Source: an uncultured Candidatus Saccharibacteria bacterium (lineage in GTDB: Bacteria > Patescibacteriota > WWE3 > UBA101185 > UBA10185). Taken from it: 27,071 bases of DNA. The translations under genes and the position numbers were made by a program. The stretch is from NCBI GenBank assembly GCA_964426685.1, contig CAYRRO010000001.1:9690-36760 (forward strand), given 5' to 3'. The notes beneath the pieces are model-generated. The model saw only the letters and a list, made by a program, of their open reading frames with translations. It ran no database searches and had not been told where the DNA came from. Below are positions 1 to 7,120 of the stretch, piece by piece (within the stretch, counting starts at the first letter, position 1; every line of letters begins with the position of its first letter).

Positions 1-131
1 GCAATAAAATCTATAGGGATATTATTTTTTTCAAGTACCTTCAAAACGCCTATATGAGCCATCCCTCTCCATCCCCCACCGCTTAAAGCCAATCCAACTT
101 TTTTTCTTGTTTTAGTTTCACTTTTACTCAT
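1..131 (-). CDS. Patatin-like phospholipase (RssA/NTE family), N-terminal part; truncated by the window edge and absent from the ORF track
   Basis: Manual translation of the minus strand from ATG at 131: [43 protein letters not shown](A). This matches the patatin N-terminal [18 protein letters not shown] glycine-rich motif. The G-x-S-x-G elbow would lie just outside the window. Confidence 0.9.
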   Translation of the reverse strand, partial: MSKSETKTRKKVGLALSGGGWRGMAHIGVLKVLEKNNIPIDFI

Positions 132-139
132 ATTTATAG

Positions 140-150
140 AATATAGCACA
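140..150 (-). promoter_or_regulatory. Extended -10 promoter element (TGTG-c-TATATT), 8 nt upstream of the patatin ATG
   Basis: Minus strand reads TGTGCTATATT-ctataaat-ATG, a TRTGn + TAnnnT pattern. No SD motif. Confidence 0.55.
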
Positions 151-180
151 CCTTTAATACTTTTTTACTTATGTATTCTT

Positions 181-189
181 TGTTAATAT
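181..189 (+). promoter_or_regulatory. Extended -10 element (TG-t-TAATAT), 10 nt upstream of the ROK ATG
   Basis: TGTTAATAT-ttaagtaaca-ATG. No SD motif. Confidence 0.4.
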
Positions 190-199
190 TTAAGTAACA

Positions 200-1036
200 A
201 TGTATATCTCTATCGACCTTGGAAGGTCTACTACAAGAATTGCTTCGACTCTTAATCTCAAGAGTATTTTAAAGATTGTAAAATTTAAAACAGATTCTGA
301 TCTTGATATTCAAAAGGAAAATATGCTTAAAGCATATGAAGAAATTGCGGGGGATAGTGAGGTTGATGCTATTGCTTTTGGTTTTCCCGGTATAACTGAT
401 AAATTTAAAAAAATATTTGAAAAAAGTGCAAACTATCCTCAAATAGAGGGTTTAGATATTAAGAATTTTTTCCCTGAAAAGTTCAATCAATCTAAAATTC
501 TTGTTGAAAATGACGCTGCTTTGGGTGCCTTGGGTGAGGCGTACTTTGGGTCCGGAAAAGATAAGGAATCTATTGCTTATCTCACCTTAAGCACGGGTGT
601 TGGAGGGGCTTTTGTTAAAAAATATGAAAATGAATATATTCTTATTAATGCCGAACCCGGGCATCAGGTTATTAACGTAGAAGACACCGTTCCTGATGGA
701 TCGGGTATTAAAGGTACGTTGGAGTCTTACTGTTCAGGTTCGTATTTTAGAAAAAGGTACGGTGCCACCCCAGATGTAACTGCGGGTGAAGAAAATTGGG
801 TAAAGTATTCACGTTACCTATCAGCGGGTATAATAAATATACTTTCAATGTGGAATCCTGAAATTATTGTTTTGGGCGGGGGTCTGACGACCCATAATTT
901 TGATAATTTTAAAATACATTTAGTAGATGAAATTAAAAAACAGAGTTTTTTTGCTTTGCCTGAAATCAAGAAGTCAGAATTGGAAGATGATTCGGGAATT
1001 TACGGTGGCTTTATTTTATTAAAGGAGAATTTATGA
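200..1036 (+). CDS. ROK family sugar kinase (glucokinase-like)
   Basis: Motifs IDLG(R)S, IAFGFPG, ENDAALGALGE, YLTLSTGVGG, AEPGH, GTLESYCSG, IIVLGGG, SGIYGG. Confidence 0.9.
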   Translation: MYISIDLGRSTTRIASTLNLKSILKIVKFKTDSDLDIQKENMLKAYEEIAGDSEVDAIAFGFPGITDKFKKIFEKSANYPQIEGLDIKNFFPEKFNQSKILVENDAALGALGEAYFGSGKDKESIAYLTLSTGVGGAFVKKYENEYILINAEPGHQVINVEDTVPDGSGIKGTLESYCSGSYFRKRYGATPDVTAGEENWVKYSRYLSAGIINILSMWNPEIIVLGGGLTTHNFDNFKIHLVDEIKKQSFFALPEIKKSELEDDSGIYGGFILLKENL

Positions 1037-1461
1037 AGTTTTGCATAATTTACAAATACACCACAACTAAAAATAAGTTTCAGTTAGAAAAAGATTTGGA
1101 ACAGCTCTCATCGATATTAAATGATATGGGTCACGACACATTTATATTTGACAGGGATATTAAAAATTGGCAAAACATTGAAATTCCAAGAGAAGAGTCT
1201 TCCAAAATGGTTTTTTCCGCCATGGGAGAATGCGACGCTGTTATTGCTTACGTTAATCATAGCGAGCTTAGCGAAGGTATGGCGATGGAAGCTGGGTATG
1301 CGAAAGCTCTAAACAAAAAATTAATAATGGTAGTAAAGGAGGGTGCCTCGTCTCCAAGAATTAGAAGTGTGTGCGATCTTTATATTGAATTTGAAGATAT
1401 GGGTGATTTGGAAAATTCTTTAATTGATTATTTGAATAGCGCTTTTGCAGTATCCCAGTAA
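1033..1461 (+). CDS. Nucleoside 2-deoxyribosyltransferase superfamily protein, with an RCL/DNPH1-like nucleotide N-glycosidase residue pattern
   Basis: CDAVIAYV...SEGMAMEAGYAKALNKK...SPRIRS. ATGA overlap with the ROK stop. AGGAG at 1023-1027. Confidence 0.8.
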   Translation: MKFCIIYKYTTTKNKFQLEKDLEQLSSILNDMGHDTFIFDRDIKNWQNIEIPREESSKMVFSAMGECDAVIAYVNHSELSEGMAMEAGYAKALNKKLIMVVKEGASSPRIRSVCDLYIEFEDMGDLENSLIDYLNSAFAVSQ

Positions 1462-2516
1462 AAAGAATTTCCATTTGCTTTTTCAAAATACCACCACTCT
1501 ACTCCCCAAAGGTATAGATCTTTAAAACCTGATTTTTGAGCATAGTCCAGTGTAGACAGGAAATGATTTTTAGACATCGTCTCATCTTTTTCTTCTTGAG
1601 TAAGTTCTGAATTGATTTTTGGCCCCCAAGGCTCCCCCTGTAATTCCGTAATTATAATTTTATCTACGGGCACCCCGACAATATTTGCCTTAATTTTATA
1701 AGTCCAATGAGCAAGAGGATATTGGAAGTATATGAATCTACCTAAAAACACTCCCCAAAAGTCATACCAAATTCTTCTGTACATTGATATACCAAGGTAA
1801 TCACCCATTTCGTAAGTTGGTTTCCAGACCCCTCCCTCACCGCTATCCTGAACTAAAATAGGTCTTGAATCTAAGCTTTTTGTAAGCTCGATTTCTTTTA
1901 CCACAGTTTCTTTTTTAATCTCGGGGTTGGTACACTCTCCAAAAGGCCAGAAAGGTTCGTTTTCAACTTGCCAAATTTTTATACTTTTATAATTTTTAAG
2001 CTCGTTTACAGTTTGTTTAACATATTCTAAAAGTTCTTGCTCTCTAATGTTGTCACTTGGAAGTTTATCCCACCACACAGGTTCGAAACATTCCGGATAT
2101 CTAGGTACTTTTCTTCCGATAGAAAGTATTACGTTAACATTTCTTTTTTCAGCCTCTTGCAACTGCCACTTAATATTCGAATAATCGTAGGAATCTCTGT
2201 CTTTCTCTATTTCGTCCCAATAGGCAACAAGCCTGATATTTTTTATATGAAGTTCGTCTAATGATTTAACGTAAACCTCTCTCCAATTTAGACCCATTTG
2301 CTCTGCGAATCTGTTTGAAAACGTTACCCCGTAATTTATATTTTTTTGTACCTTAGGCCTTAGAATAAAAAATAGAATAAATGGTGCAAATAATAAAAAC
2401 AAAAGAATTGCTAGGATTATTTTTATTGCCTTTAATGAGAATAGTTTTTTTAGAAGTACTGAAGCTTTTTTGAGTTCCTCTTTAAAATAGTTTTTCTTTT
2501 TCAAAAAATTAAACAT
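1428..2516 (-). CDS. Membrane-anchored clan GH-A glycoside hydrolase (GH5/GH42-like TIM barrel; exact family uncertain)
   Basis: N-terminal hydrophobic anchor IILAILLFLLFAPFILFFIL. YGVTFS, IRLVAYWDEIE, acid/base WQVENEP, nucleophile IITELQGEPW, LWGVEWW. Confidence 0.8.
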   Translation of the reverse strand: MFNFLKKKNYFKEELKKASVLLKKLFSLKAIKIILAILLFLLFAPFILFFILRPKVQKNINYGVTFSNRFAEQMGLNWREVYVKSLDELHIKNIRLVAYWDEIEKDRDSYDYSNIKWQLQEAEKRNVNVILSIGRKVPRYPECFEPVWWDKLPSDNIREQELLEYVKQTVNELKNYKSIKIWQVENEPFWPFGECTNPEIKKETVVKEIELTKSLDSRPILVQDSGEGGVWKPTYEMGDYLGISMYRRIWYDFWGVFLGRFIYFQYPLAHWTYKIKANIVGVPVDKIIITELQGEPWGPKINSELTQEEKDETMSKNHFLSTLDYAQKSGFKDLYLWGVEWWYFEKANGNSFYWDTAKALFK

Positions 2517-2518
2517 GT

Positions 2519-3700
2519 TTATTCGTCCAATGAATTATTATTGCAGATTTTTGAGTAATAATAAAAGGATTTTCTAGGTTTTCTTTCTAATGTTTTTCTG
2601 TCTATTGCTACAAGCCCAAACTTAGGCCAGTAGCCCTCGTGCCACTCAAAGTTGTCTATTAAGGACCAATGAAAGTACCCTTTTACTTGAGCTCCTTTTT
2701 GCATAGCCTCGTATGTGGCCGTTAACATGTTTTTTATAAACATCTCTCTAAGTCTGTCTTGAGAGTCTGCAAGACCGTTTTCTGTTATGTAAATAGGAAG
2801 ATTGTATTTTTTTAGGTGGAGTAAAACATTTTTTAAACCATCGGGATTTATCCACCAGTTTAGGTTGCTCACCATTCCTTTAGGATGAGTTGACCTCAAA
2901 CCTTTAATTTGATTTGTAAAATAATAATTCAGGCCAATGACATCAAGATTCTTATTTATAAATTTTAAAAAGAAATCACAGTTTAACCAATAAATTATTT
3001 TTGCGTACCACGAATCCCAAAAAAGTGGTTTTTGTTCAAAAGTTTCGTACCAAACGATTTGTTTTACAAGTCCTACGGTATATTTTCCCGCTGATTTTAT
3101 TTTTTTATACGCTTCGTTGTGAGCTGATATTAAATTTAATTGAACTATTAGGGATGAAAATAAATTAGATTTGTTTGGTGGCCATTTTCCAACTGTGTAG
3201 CTCATAAGAGCATAGACTTGAGGTTCATTTATGGTTAAGTAGACATCTGCTAGTGCCCCAAATTCTTTTGCGCATTCTTTTGCATAGCGTGCAAAGTAAT
3301 GAGGAGATCTAATATTGGTCCAACCTCCTTTTTTATAAAACCAAAAAGGATTTGTGAAGTGATGTAGTGTTACAAAGGTTTTTAAACCTCTATCTTTGGC
3401 TGCTGATAATACTTTTTTGTAATGAGCAATTTCTCTGTAATCAAACTTACCTTCGGAGGGTTCTATTCTTGCCCACTCTACGGATATTCTTACCGCGTTA
3501 TTGTTTAATTTTTTGCAAAGATCAAAATCTTCTTCATAGCGGTTATAAGAATCACAAGCTAAACCGGAAGATTCAAGAGGGTATTTTTGACCGCGCTTTT
3601 TATTATTTTCCCAATACCACCAGTCGGTGTTTGAGTTATTACCTTCGATTTGATAGGCAGCGGTAGCTGTACCCCACATGAAATGGGCAGGAAATTTCAT
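2519..3700 (-). CDS. Glycoside hydrolase family 1 (beta-glucosidase/beta-galactosidase)
   Basis: FMWGTATAAYQIEG, RISVEWARIEP, TLHHF, TINEP (acid/base), YITENG (nucleophile), WSLIDNFEW. Confidence 0.95.
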   Translation of the reverse strand: MKFPAHFMWGTATAAYQIEGNNSNTDWWYWENNKKRGQKYPLESSGLACDSYNRYEEDFDLCKKLNNNAVRISVEWARIEPSEGKFDYREIAHYKKVLSAAKDRGLKTFVTLHHFTNPFWFYKKGGWTNIRSPHYFARYAKECAKEFGALADVYLTINEPQVYALMSYTVGKWPPNKSNLFSSLIVQLNLISAHNEAYKKIKSAGKYTVGLVKQIVWYETFEQKPLFWDSWYAKIIYWLNCDFFLKFINKNLDVIGLNYYFTNQIKGLRSTHPKGMVSNLNWWINPDGLKNVLLHLKKYNLPIYITENGLADSQDRLREMFIKNMLTATYEAMQKGAQVKGYFHWSLIDNFEWHEGYWPKFGLVAIDRKTLERKPRKSFYYYSKICNNNSLDE

Positions 3701-3707
3701 ATAGTTA

Positions 3708-3713
3708 AGTATA
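3708..3713 (-). promoter_or_regulatory. -10 box TATACT, 7 nt upstream of the GH1 ATG (leaderless geometry)
   Basis: Minus strand: cagt-TATACT-taactat-ATG. Confidence 0.55.
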
Positions 3714-3740
3714 ACTGGGAGGTGGGTTGGTGTACAGGGC

Positions 3741-4496
3741 TCAGCCCTTTAACTCAACGCCCACTGGACAGTGATCAGACCCCACAACAGTTTTTAAAAT
3801 AAAAACATCTTTTAAACTCTTTTCTAATAGTTTTGAAAGAAAAACATAATCAATTCTCCACCCGATGTTTCTTTCTCTGGAGTTTCTAAAGTATGCCCAC
3901 CAAGAATAATTTCCCGGCTCTTTATTTAAATGTCTAAAAGTATCAATAAATCCCAGGTCGACTAGCTTATCCAACTTCTCTCTTTCCGGAGGTGTAAACA
4001 TGACATTTTTTTCATTTTCTTTTGGTCTGGCTAAATCAATTTCTTTATGAGCAACATTGAAATCTCCCATCAAAATTAGTTTTTCACTTTTGTGTTTTTC
4101 TAAATATTTCAAAAAGTACTCGTAAAAGTCCAATTTATATTTCATAGCTTCCTCCCCCATTCCACCGTTTGGTACGTAAATGTTAATTAGAGAAAATTTA
4201 TCAAAATCCAGTTTTAAAAATCTTCCTTCGGAATCAAATTTCTCATGACCTATCTTTGTTTCTATTTTGTTCGGCTTAATTTTTGAATAAACTGCCACTC
4301 CGGAATACCCCTTTTTTACTGCAGAGTTTATATATAAATTGTAGTTGGAAGTAAAAAGTGAACTCGGAACCTGGTCTTTTTGAGCTTTAATTTCTTGTAG
4401 ACCTAATATGTCGGGTTGGAATTTATCTAACCATTCAAAAAAACCTTTTTGGGAAATTGATCTTATTCCATTAACATTCCACGAGCATATTTTCAT
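3741..4496 (-). CDS. xth: Exodeoxyribonuclease III / AP endonuclease
   Basis: SWNVNGIR, LQEIK, KKGYSGVA, EGR, NIYVPNG, MGDFNVAH, DTFR, YSWW, GWRIDY, GSDHCPV. Confidence 0.97.
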   Translation of the reverse strand: MKICSWNVNGIRSISQKGFFEWLDKFQPDILGLQEIKAQKDQVPSSLFTSNYNLYINSAVKKGYSGVAVYSKIKPNKIETKIGHEKFDSEGRFLKLDFDKFSLINIYVPNGGMGEEAMKYKLDFYEYFLKYLEKHKSEKLILMGDFNVAHKEIDLARPKENEKNVMFTPPEREKLDKLVDLGFIDTFRHLNKEPGNYSWWAYFRNSRERNIGWRIDYVFLSKLLEKSLKDVFILKTVVGSDHCPVGVELKG

Positions 4497-5305
4497 GATT
4501 TTTTCATTATCTCTTTGATTTCTTCAAAACGTAGCGGAAGCGTAAATTCTAAAAAGTGCTGCTTTCTTTCAGGCTCTGCAATATCAAAATATTCTTGCCA
4601 CAACGACCTTCCGATTACAAATCCTCTGCATCCGTTTTCGGCAGCTATTTTTAATTGTTCTTTAAATAAAACATAGTCTGCTCCCCCTGATATCATTACC
4701 CACGGTACCGCACCTAAAGAATTACTTACTTTTCTGCACATATAATCACTTCCCGGAAATTCAAGAACAAAAACATCGGGAATTACGCTCCTTTTTAAAA
4801 AGTAATCTACAGAATCAATCACTCTTTCATAATTCTGAGTGTCTTCTGAAATGATTACCAGAAAAATAGGGAGTTCTGTTTTATGTGATTGCTCTATAAC
4901 TTTTTTTACTAAGTTAGATTTTTCTTCTGCTGATTTTAAATTTGGATCAAAATAAATTAGTATTTTTGTTGCCTCGGCCCCCAAACTCTCTATATCCGAA
5001 GGTTCTTTATCTAAAATTGTTACCTTTTCGTTATCTATTAACTCGTAATTGCTTTTTTCAAGAGGCAGGGCAAAAGGCTTATCTACATCTAGTTCTTTAT
5101 AGGCTGCCAAGCTGTATTTTTCATCTAGAAGTATTCCACTGAAATCATCGTTAATACTTTTTATAATTTCTTTTACTGCGTTAATAGTTTCTTCATCGGT
5201 CACTTTTTCAGGAAATTGAGGGTTAATGTATTTCTTAAAATTCTCTCTGTGGTCAAAGGCAAGCATTAAATAATTGCCGTTTTCGGTAAACTGATCTAAT
5301 TGCAT
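4493..5305 (-). CDS. LacD/DeoC-family class I aldolase homolog (tagatose-1,6-bisphosphate aldolase-like) with catalytic Lys and Glu replaced; possible pseudo-enzyme
   Basis: MLAFDHR, SGILLDEKY, GAEATKILIYFDP, PWVMISGG, GFVIGRSLWQE. It has PIFLVI in place of PFFLEI and PDVFVLEFP in place of DVxKxExP. Confidence 0.85.
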   Translation of the reverse strand: MQLDQFTENGNYLMLAFDHRENFKKYINPQFPEKVTDEETINAVKEIIKSINDDFSGILLDEKYSLAAYKELDVDKPFALPLEKSNYELIDNEKVTILDKEPSDIESLGAEATKILIYFDPNLKSAEEKSNLVKKVIEQSHKTELPIFLVIISEDTQNYERVIDSVDYFLKRSVIPDVFVLEFPGSDYMCRKVSNSLGAVPWVMISGGADYVLFKEQLKIAAENGCRGFVIGRSLWQEYFDIAEPERKQHFLEFTLPLRFEEIKEIMKKS

Positions 5306-5311
5306 ACAACT

Positions 5312-5317
5312 ATTCTA
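5312..5317 (-). promoter_or_regulatory. -10 box TAGAAT, 6 nt upstream of the LacD-like ATG (leaderless geometry)
   Basis: Minus strand: caata-TAGAAT-agttgt-ATG. Confidence 0.55.
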
Positions 5318-5377
5318 TATTGTTTGGAAAATATTTGAAATAGTTTGGTGGCTACGGCACAGGAGACGGTTTAAAAA

Positions 5378-6232
5378 TTAAATTTTGTTTTCACTTCCAA
5401 ACATTTTGATTTTTTGTTCCACCACTTTTTGCATCTCCTCTATTGGTTTTTGCATGAATTTGTAGGCGGCTATCTCATTTGAATTATTTAAAACTTCCTG
5501 TAACACCATTTTAAAGGCAATTCTTAATTCTGAGTTTACATTTATTTTCACTATTCCTATTCCAATGGCTTTTTTTATATCTTCTTCAACTATTCCCGAG
5601 CCCCCGTGAAGTGATAGGTACGTGTTTGGAATAATGTCTTGAATTTGTTTAAGAAGTTCCAAATTTAAATTTTTATGTTCTGCGTAAATTCCGTGTAAAT
5701 TGCCTACAAAACTCGCAAAAACATCGAAACCTGTTTTTTCAATGAATTCTTTTGCTTGTTGTGGGTCTGTGTAAAGTTTTGAATCAACGTCCGGTTTAGA
5801 ATCGGTATGATCGGCCGAGCTTCCTTCAATGTGGTCAATTTCACCTTCTATCATTACTCCTTTTTGATGAGCATAGTCAGCGAGCATTTTTCCTGTTTTT
5901 AAAGCCTCCTCAAAAGGAACTTTTCCGCCATCAAAATGAACATAATCAAATCCTGCATCAATTGCCTGAATTATCTGTTCAGGGTCAGTTCCGTGATCTA
6001 AATTTAAAATAATTGGAACCGAATATTGTTTTTCAAAGGCTTTCCCTAGTGCAACAGCCTGATCTACCCCTACATGTCCTACCTCACCCGGTGAGAACTC
6101 AATTATTACGGGGGATTTTAATTTTGAGGCAGCATTAACTACCGCCTTCATGCTTTCGATGCTCACAGCATTAAAGGCACCAATTCCGAAACCTTCATTT
6201 TTTGCTTTTTCAAGATATTTTTTTGCTTTCAT
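5378..6232 (-). CDS. fba: Class II fructose-bisphosphate aldolase (metal-dependent)
   Basis: GIGAFN, SPVII, NLDHG, HFDGG, IEGEID, GNLHG, SLHGGSG, KINVNSE. Confidence 0.95.
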   Translation of the reverse strand: MKAKKYLEKAKNEGFGIGAFNAVSIESMKAVVNAASKLKSPVIIEFSPGEVGHVGVDQAVALGKAFEKQYSVPIILNLDHGTDPEQIIQAIDAGFDYVHFDGGKVPFEEALKTGKMLADYAHQKGVMIEGEIDHIEGSSADHTDSKPDVDSKLYTDPQQAKEFIEKTGFDVFASFVGNLHGIYAEHKNLNLELLKQIQDIIPNTYLSLHGGSGIVEEDIKKAIGIGIVKINVNSELRIAFKMVLQEVLNNSNEIAAYKFMQKPIEEMQKVVEQKIKMFGSENKI

Positions 6233-6307
6233 AGGCAGTGTGTTTAGTAATTAATACTTTAATACTAACTCATTTTTATAAATTTTTAAATGATTGTAAT
6301 TTTGCAC

Positions 6308-6319
6308 GTGTATAATTTA
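6308..6319 (+). promoter_or_regulatory. -10 box TATAAT (6311-6316) within GTGTATAATTTA, 7 nt upstream of the ATG (leaderless geometry)
   Basis: gcacGTG-TATAAT-ttacttt-ATG. Confidence 0.6.
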
Positions 6320-6323
6320 CTTT

Positions 6324-6914
6324 ATGTATTTTAACCATGCTACAGCTGGAGCCCTAGTAATGAAGCCGATTATGAAAAAATACGACGGGCTATTTTCTGC
6401 AAAAGAAAAGACCGTTCTTTGGTTTATTGGTATAACGTCCGGTGTGTTACCTGATTTTGATATTGCTTATTCTGTTATTAAAAATTTGGAGGATCATAGG
6501 AGTTTCGTTACTCATGGTTTCTTCGTTTATTTGTTAGCTTTTTTGGTCATCTACGGATTTAGTTATCTTCAAAAAAAGGGTGAGTTTGGAAGAAAGTTTT
6601 TTAAAGTTGCTGCGTCTGTATTTTTGTTTGGTGTTACAACACACTTATTAATAGATTTTATTATTGGGGGCATAGCTGTTTTCGCCCCTTTTTATAATAA
6701 GGTGTACGGTTTTGACTTACATATTGAACAAAACGGTGAGAATCGTCTTACTCAATATTTGTTGTCAAAATACATGATTTTGGAATTTGCTCTTCTTATT
6801 ATGTTTTTAATATTTCTGAGAGGAAAGGAATATATTGTTCCCGGGATTCTGTCGATTTTTTATTTTCTAATTGCCGGCGTGTCTTTTGTCTTAGTAAGTC
6901 TAAGCTTTTTTTGA
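6324..6914 (+). CDS. Membrane-bound metal-dependent hydrolase (YdjM/YbcI-like)
   Basis: N-terminal NH, LPDFD, HRSFVTHG, THLLID and several hydrophobic helices. Confidence 0.85.
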   Translation: MYFNHATAGALVMKPIMKKYDGLFSAKEKTVLWFIGITSGVLPDFDIAYSVIKNLEDHRSFVTHGFFVYLLAFLVIYGFSYLQKKGEFGRKFFKVAASVFLFGVTTHLLIDFIIGGIAVFAPFYNKVYGFDLHIEQNGENRLTQYLLSKYMILEFALLIMFLIFLRGKEYIVPGILSIFYFLIAGVSFVLVSLSFF

Positions 6915-6920
6915 TATACT
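6912..6920 (+). promoter_or_regulatory. Extended -10 element TG-a-TATACT upstream of tRNA-Trp, overlapping the hydrolase TGA stop
   Basis: TGATATACT ends 14 nt before the mature tRNA 5' end. Confidence 0.5.
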
Positions 6921-6934
6921 TTTAACATTAATGT

Positions 6935-7008
6935 ACCGGCGTAGCTTAGTGGTAGAGTAGCGGTCTCCAAAACCGTTGATGGAGGTTCGATTCCTCCCGC
7001 CGGTGCCA
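6935..7008 (+). tRNA. trnW: tRNA-Trp (anticodon CCA), 74 nt, with encoded CCA end
   Basis: Cloverleaf folded by hand: acceptor ACCGGCG/CGCCGGT, D arm GCTT-AGTGGTA-GAGT, anticodon arm GCGGT-CTCCAAA-ACCGT, T arm GGAGG-TTCGATT-CCTCC, discriminator G, then CCA. Confidence 0.97.
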
Positions 7009-7105
7009 CTTTTATATTTTTCTCACTACCCTTCCCTTTTTTCTCGTTCGATTACCTATAAATAATATCAAGACGTTTTTAACATTACTAAAAAAAGTTT
7101 TAATA

Positions 7106-7117
7106 GTGTAAAATTTA
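7106..7117 (+). promoter_or_regulatory. -10 box TAAAAT (7109-7114) within GTGTAAAATTTA, 6 nt upstream of the trpS ATG (leaderless geometry)
   Basis: ataGTG-TAAAAT-ttaact-ATG. Confidence 0.6.
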
Positions 7118-7120
7118 ACT

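Noticed and set aside
3718-3774. Strong SD-like GGAGGTG (3718-3724) before a 14-codon GTG ORF antisense to the xth end, and an AGGGC-TCA-GCCCT inverted repeat centred on the xth stop
   Set aside because: The peptide is tiny and featureless, the stem is only 5 bp with a 3-nt loop and no U-tract in the xth direction; a single occurrence cannot be separated from chance.
5348-5362. GC-rich patch GTGGC-TACG-GCAC (UNCG-like hairpin) between fba and the LacD-like gene
   Set aside because: The stem is only 4 bp with a bulge, has no adjacent U-tract, and the tetraloop reads on the non-transcribed strand.
6960-6976. UGA recoding suggested by the G27-U43 wobble in tRNA-Trp and the CPR context
   Set aside because: The anticodon is CCA, the stem still has 5 pairs, and TGA ends ROK, xth, the LacD-like gene, the hydrolase and mgtA at plausible C-termini. 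I saw no in-frame TGA interrupting a conserved domain.
7009-7120. Possible T-box or attenuator upstream of trpS
   Set aside because: Only 112 nt, no T-box consensus or terminator/antiterminator hairpins, and a -10 box 6 nt from the ATG implies no leader.
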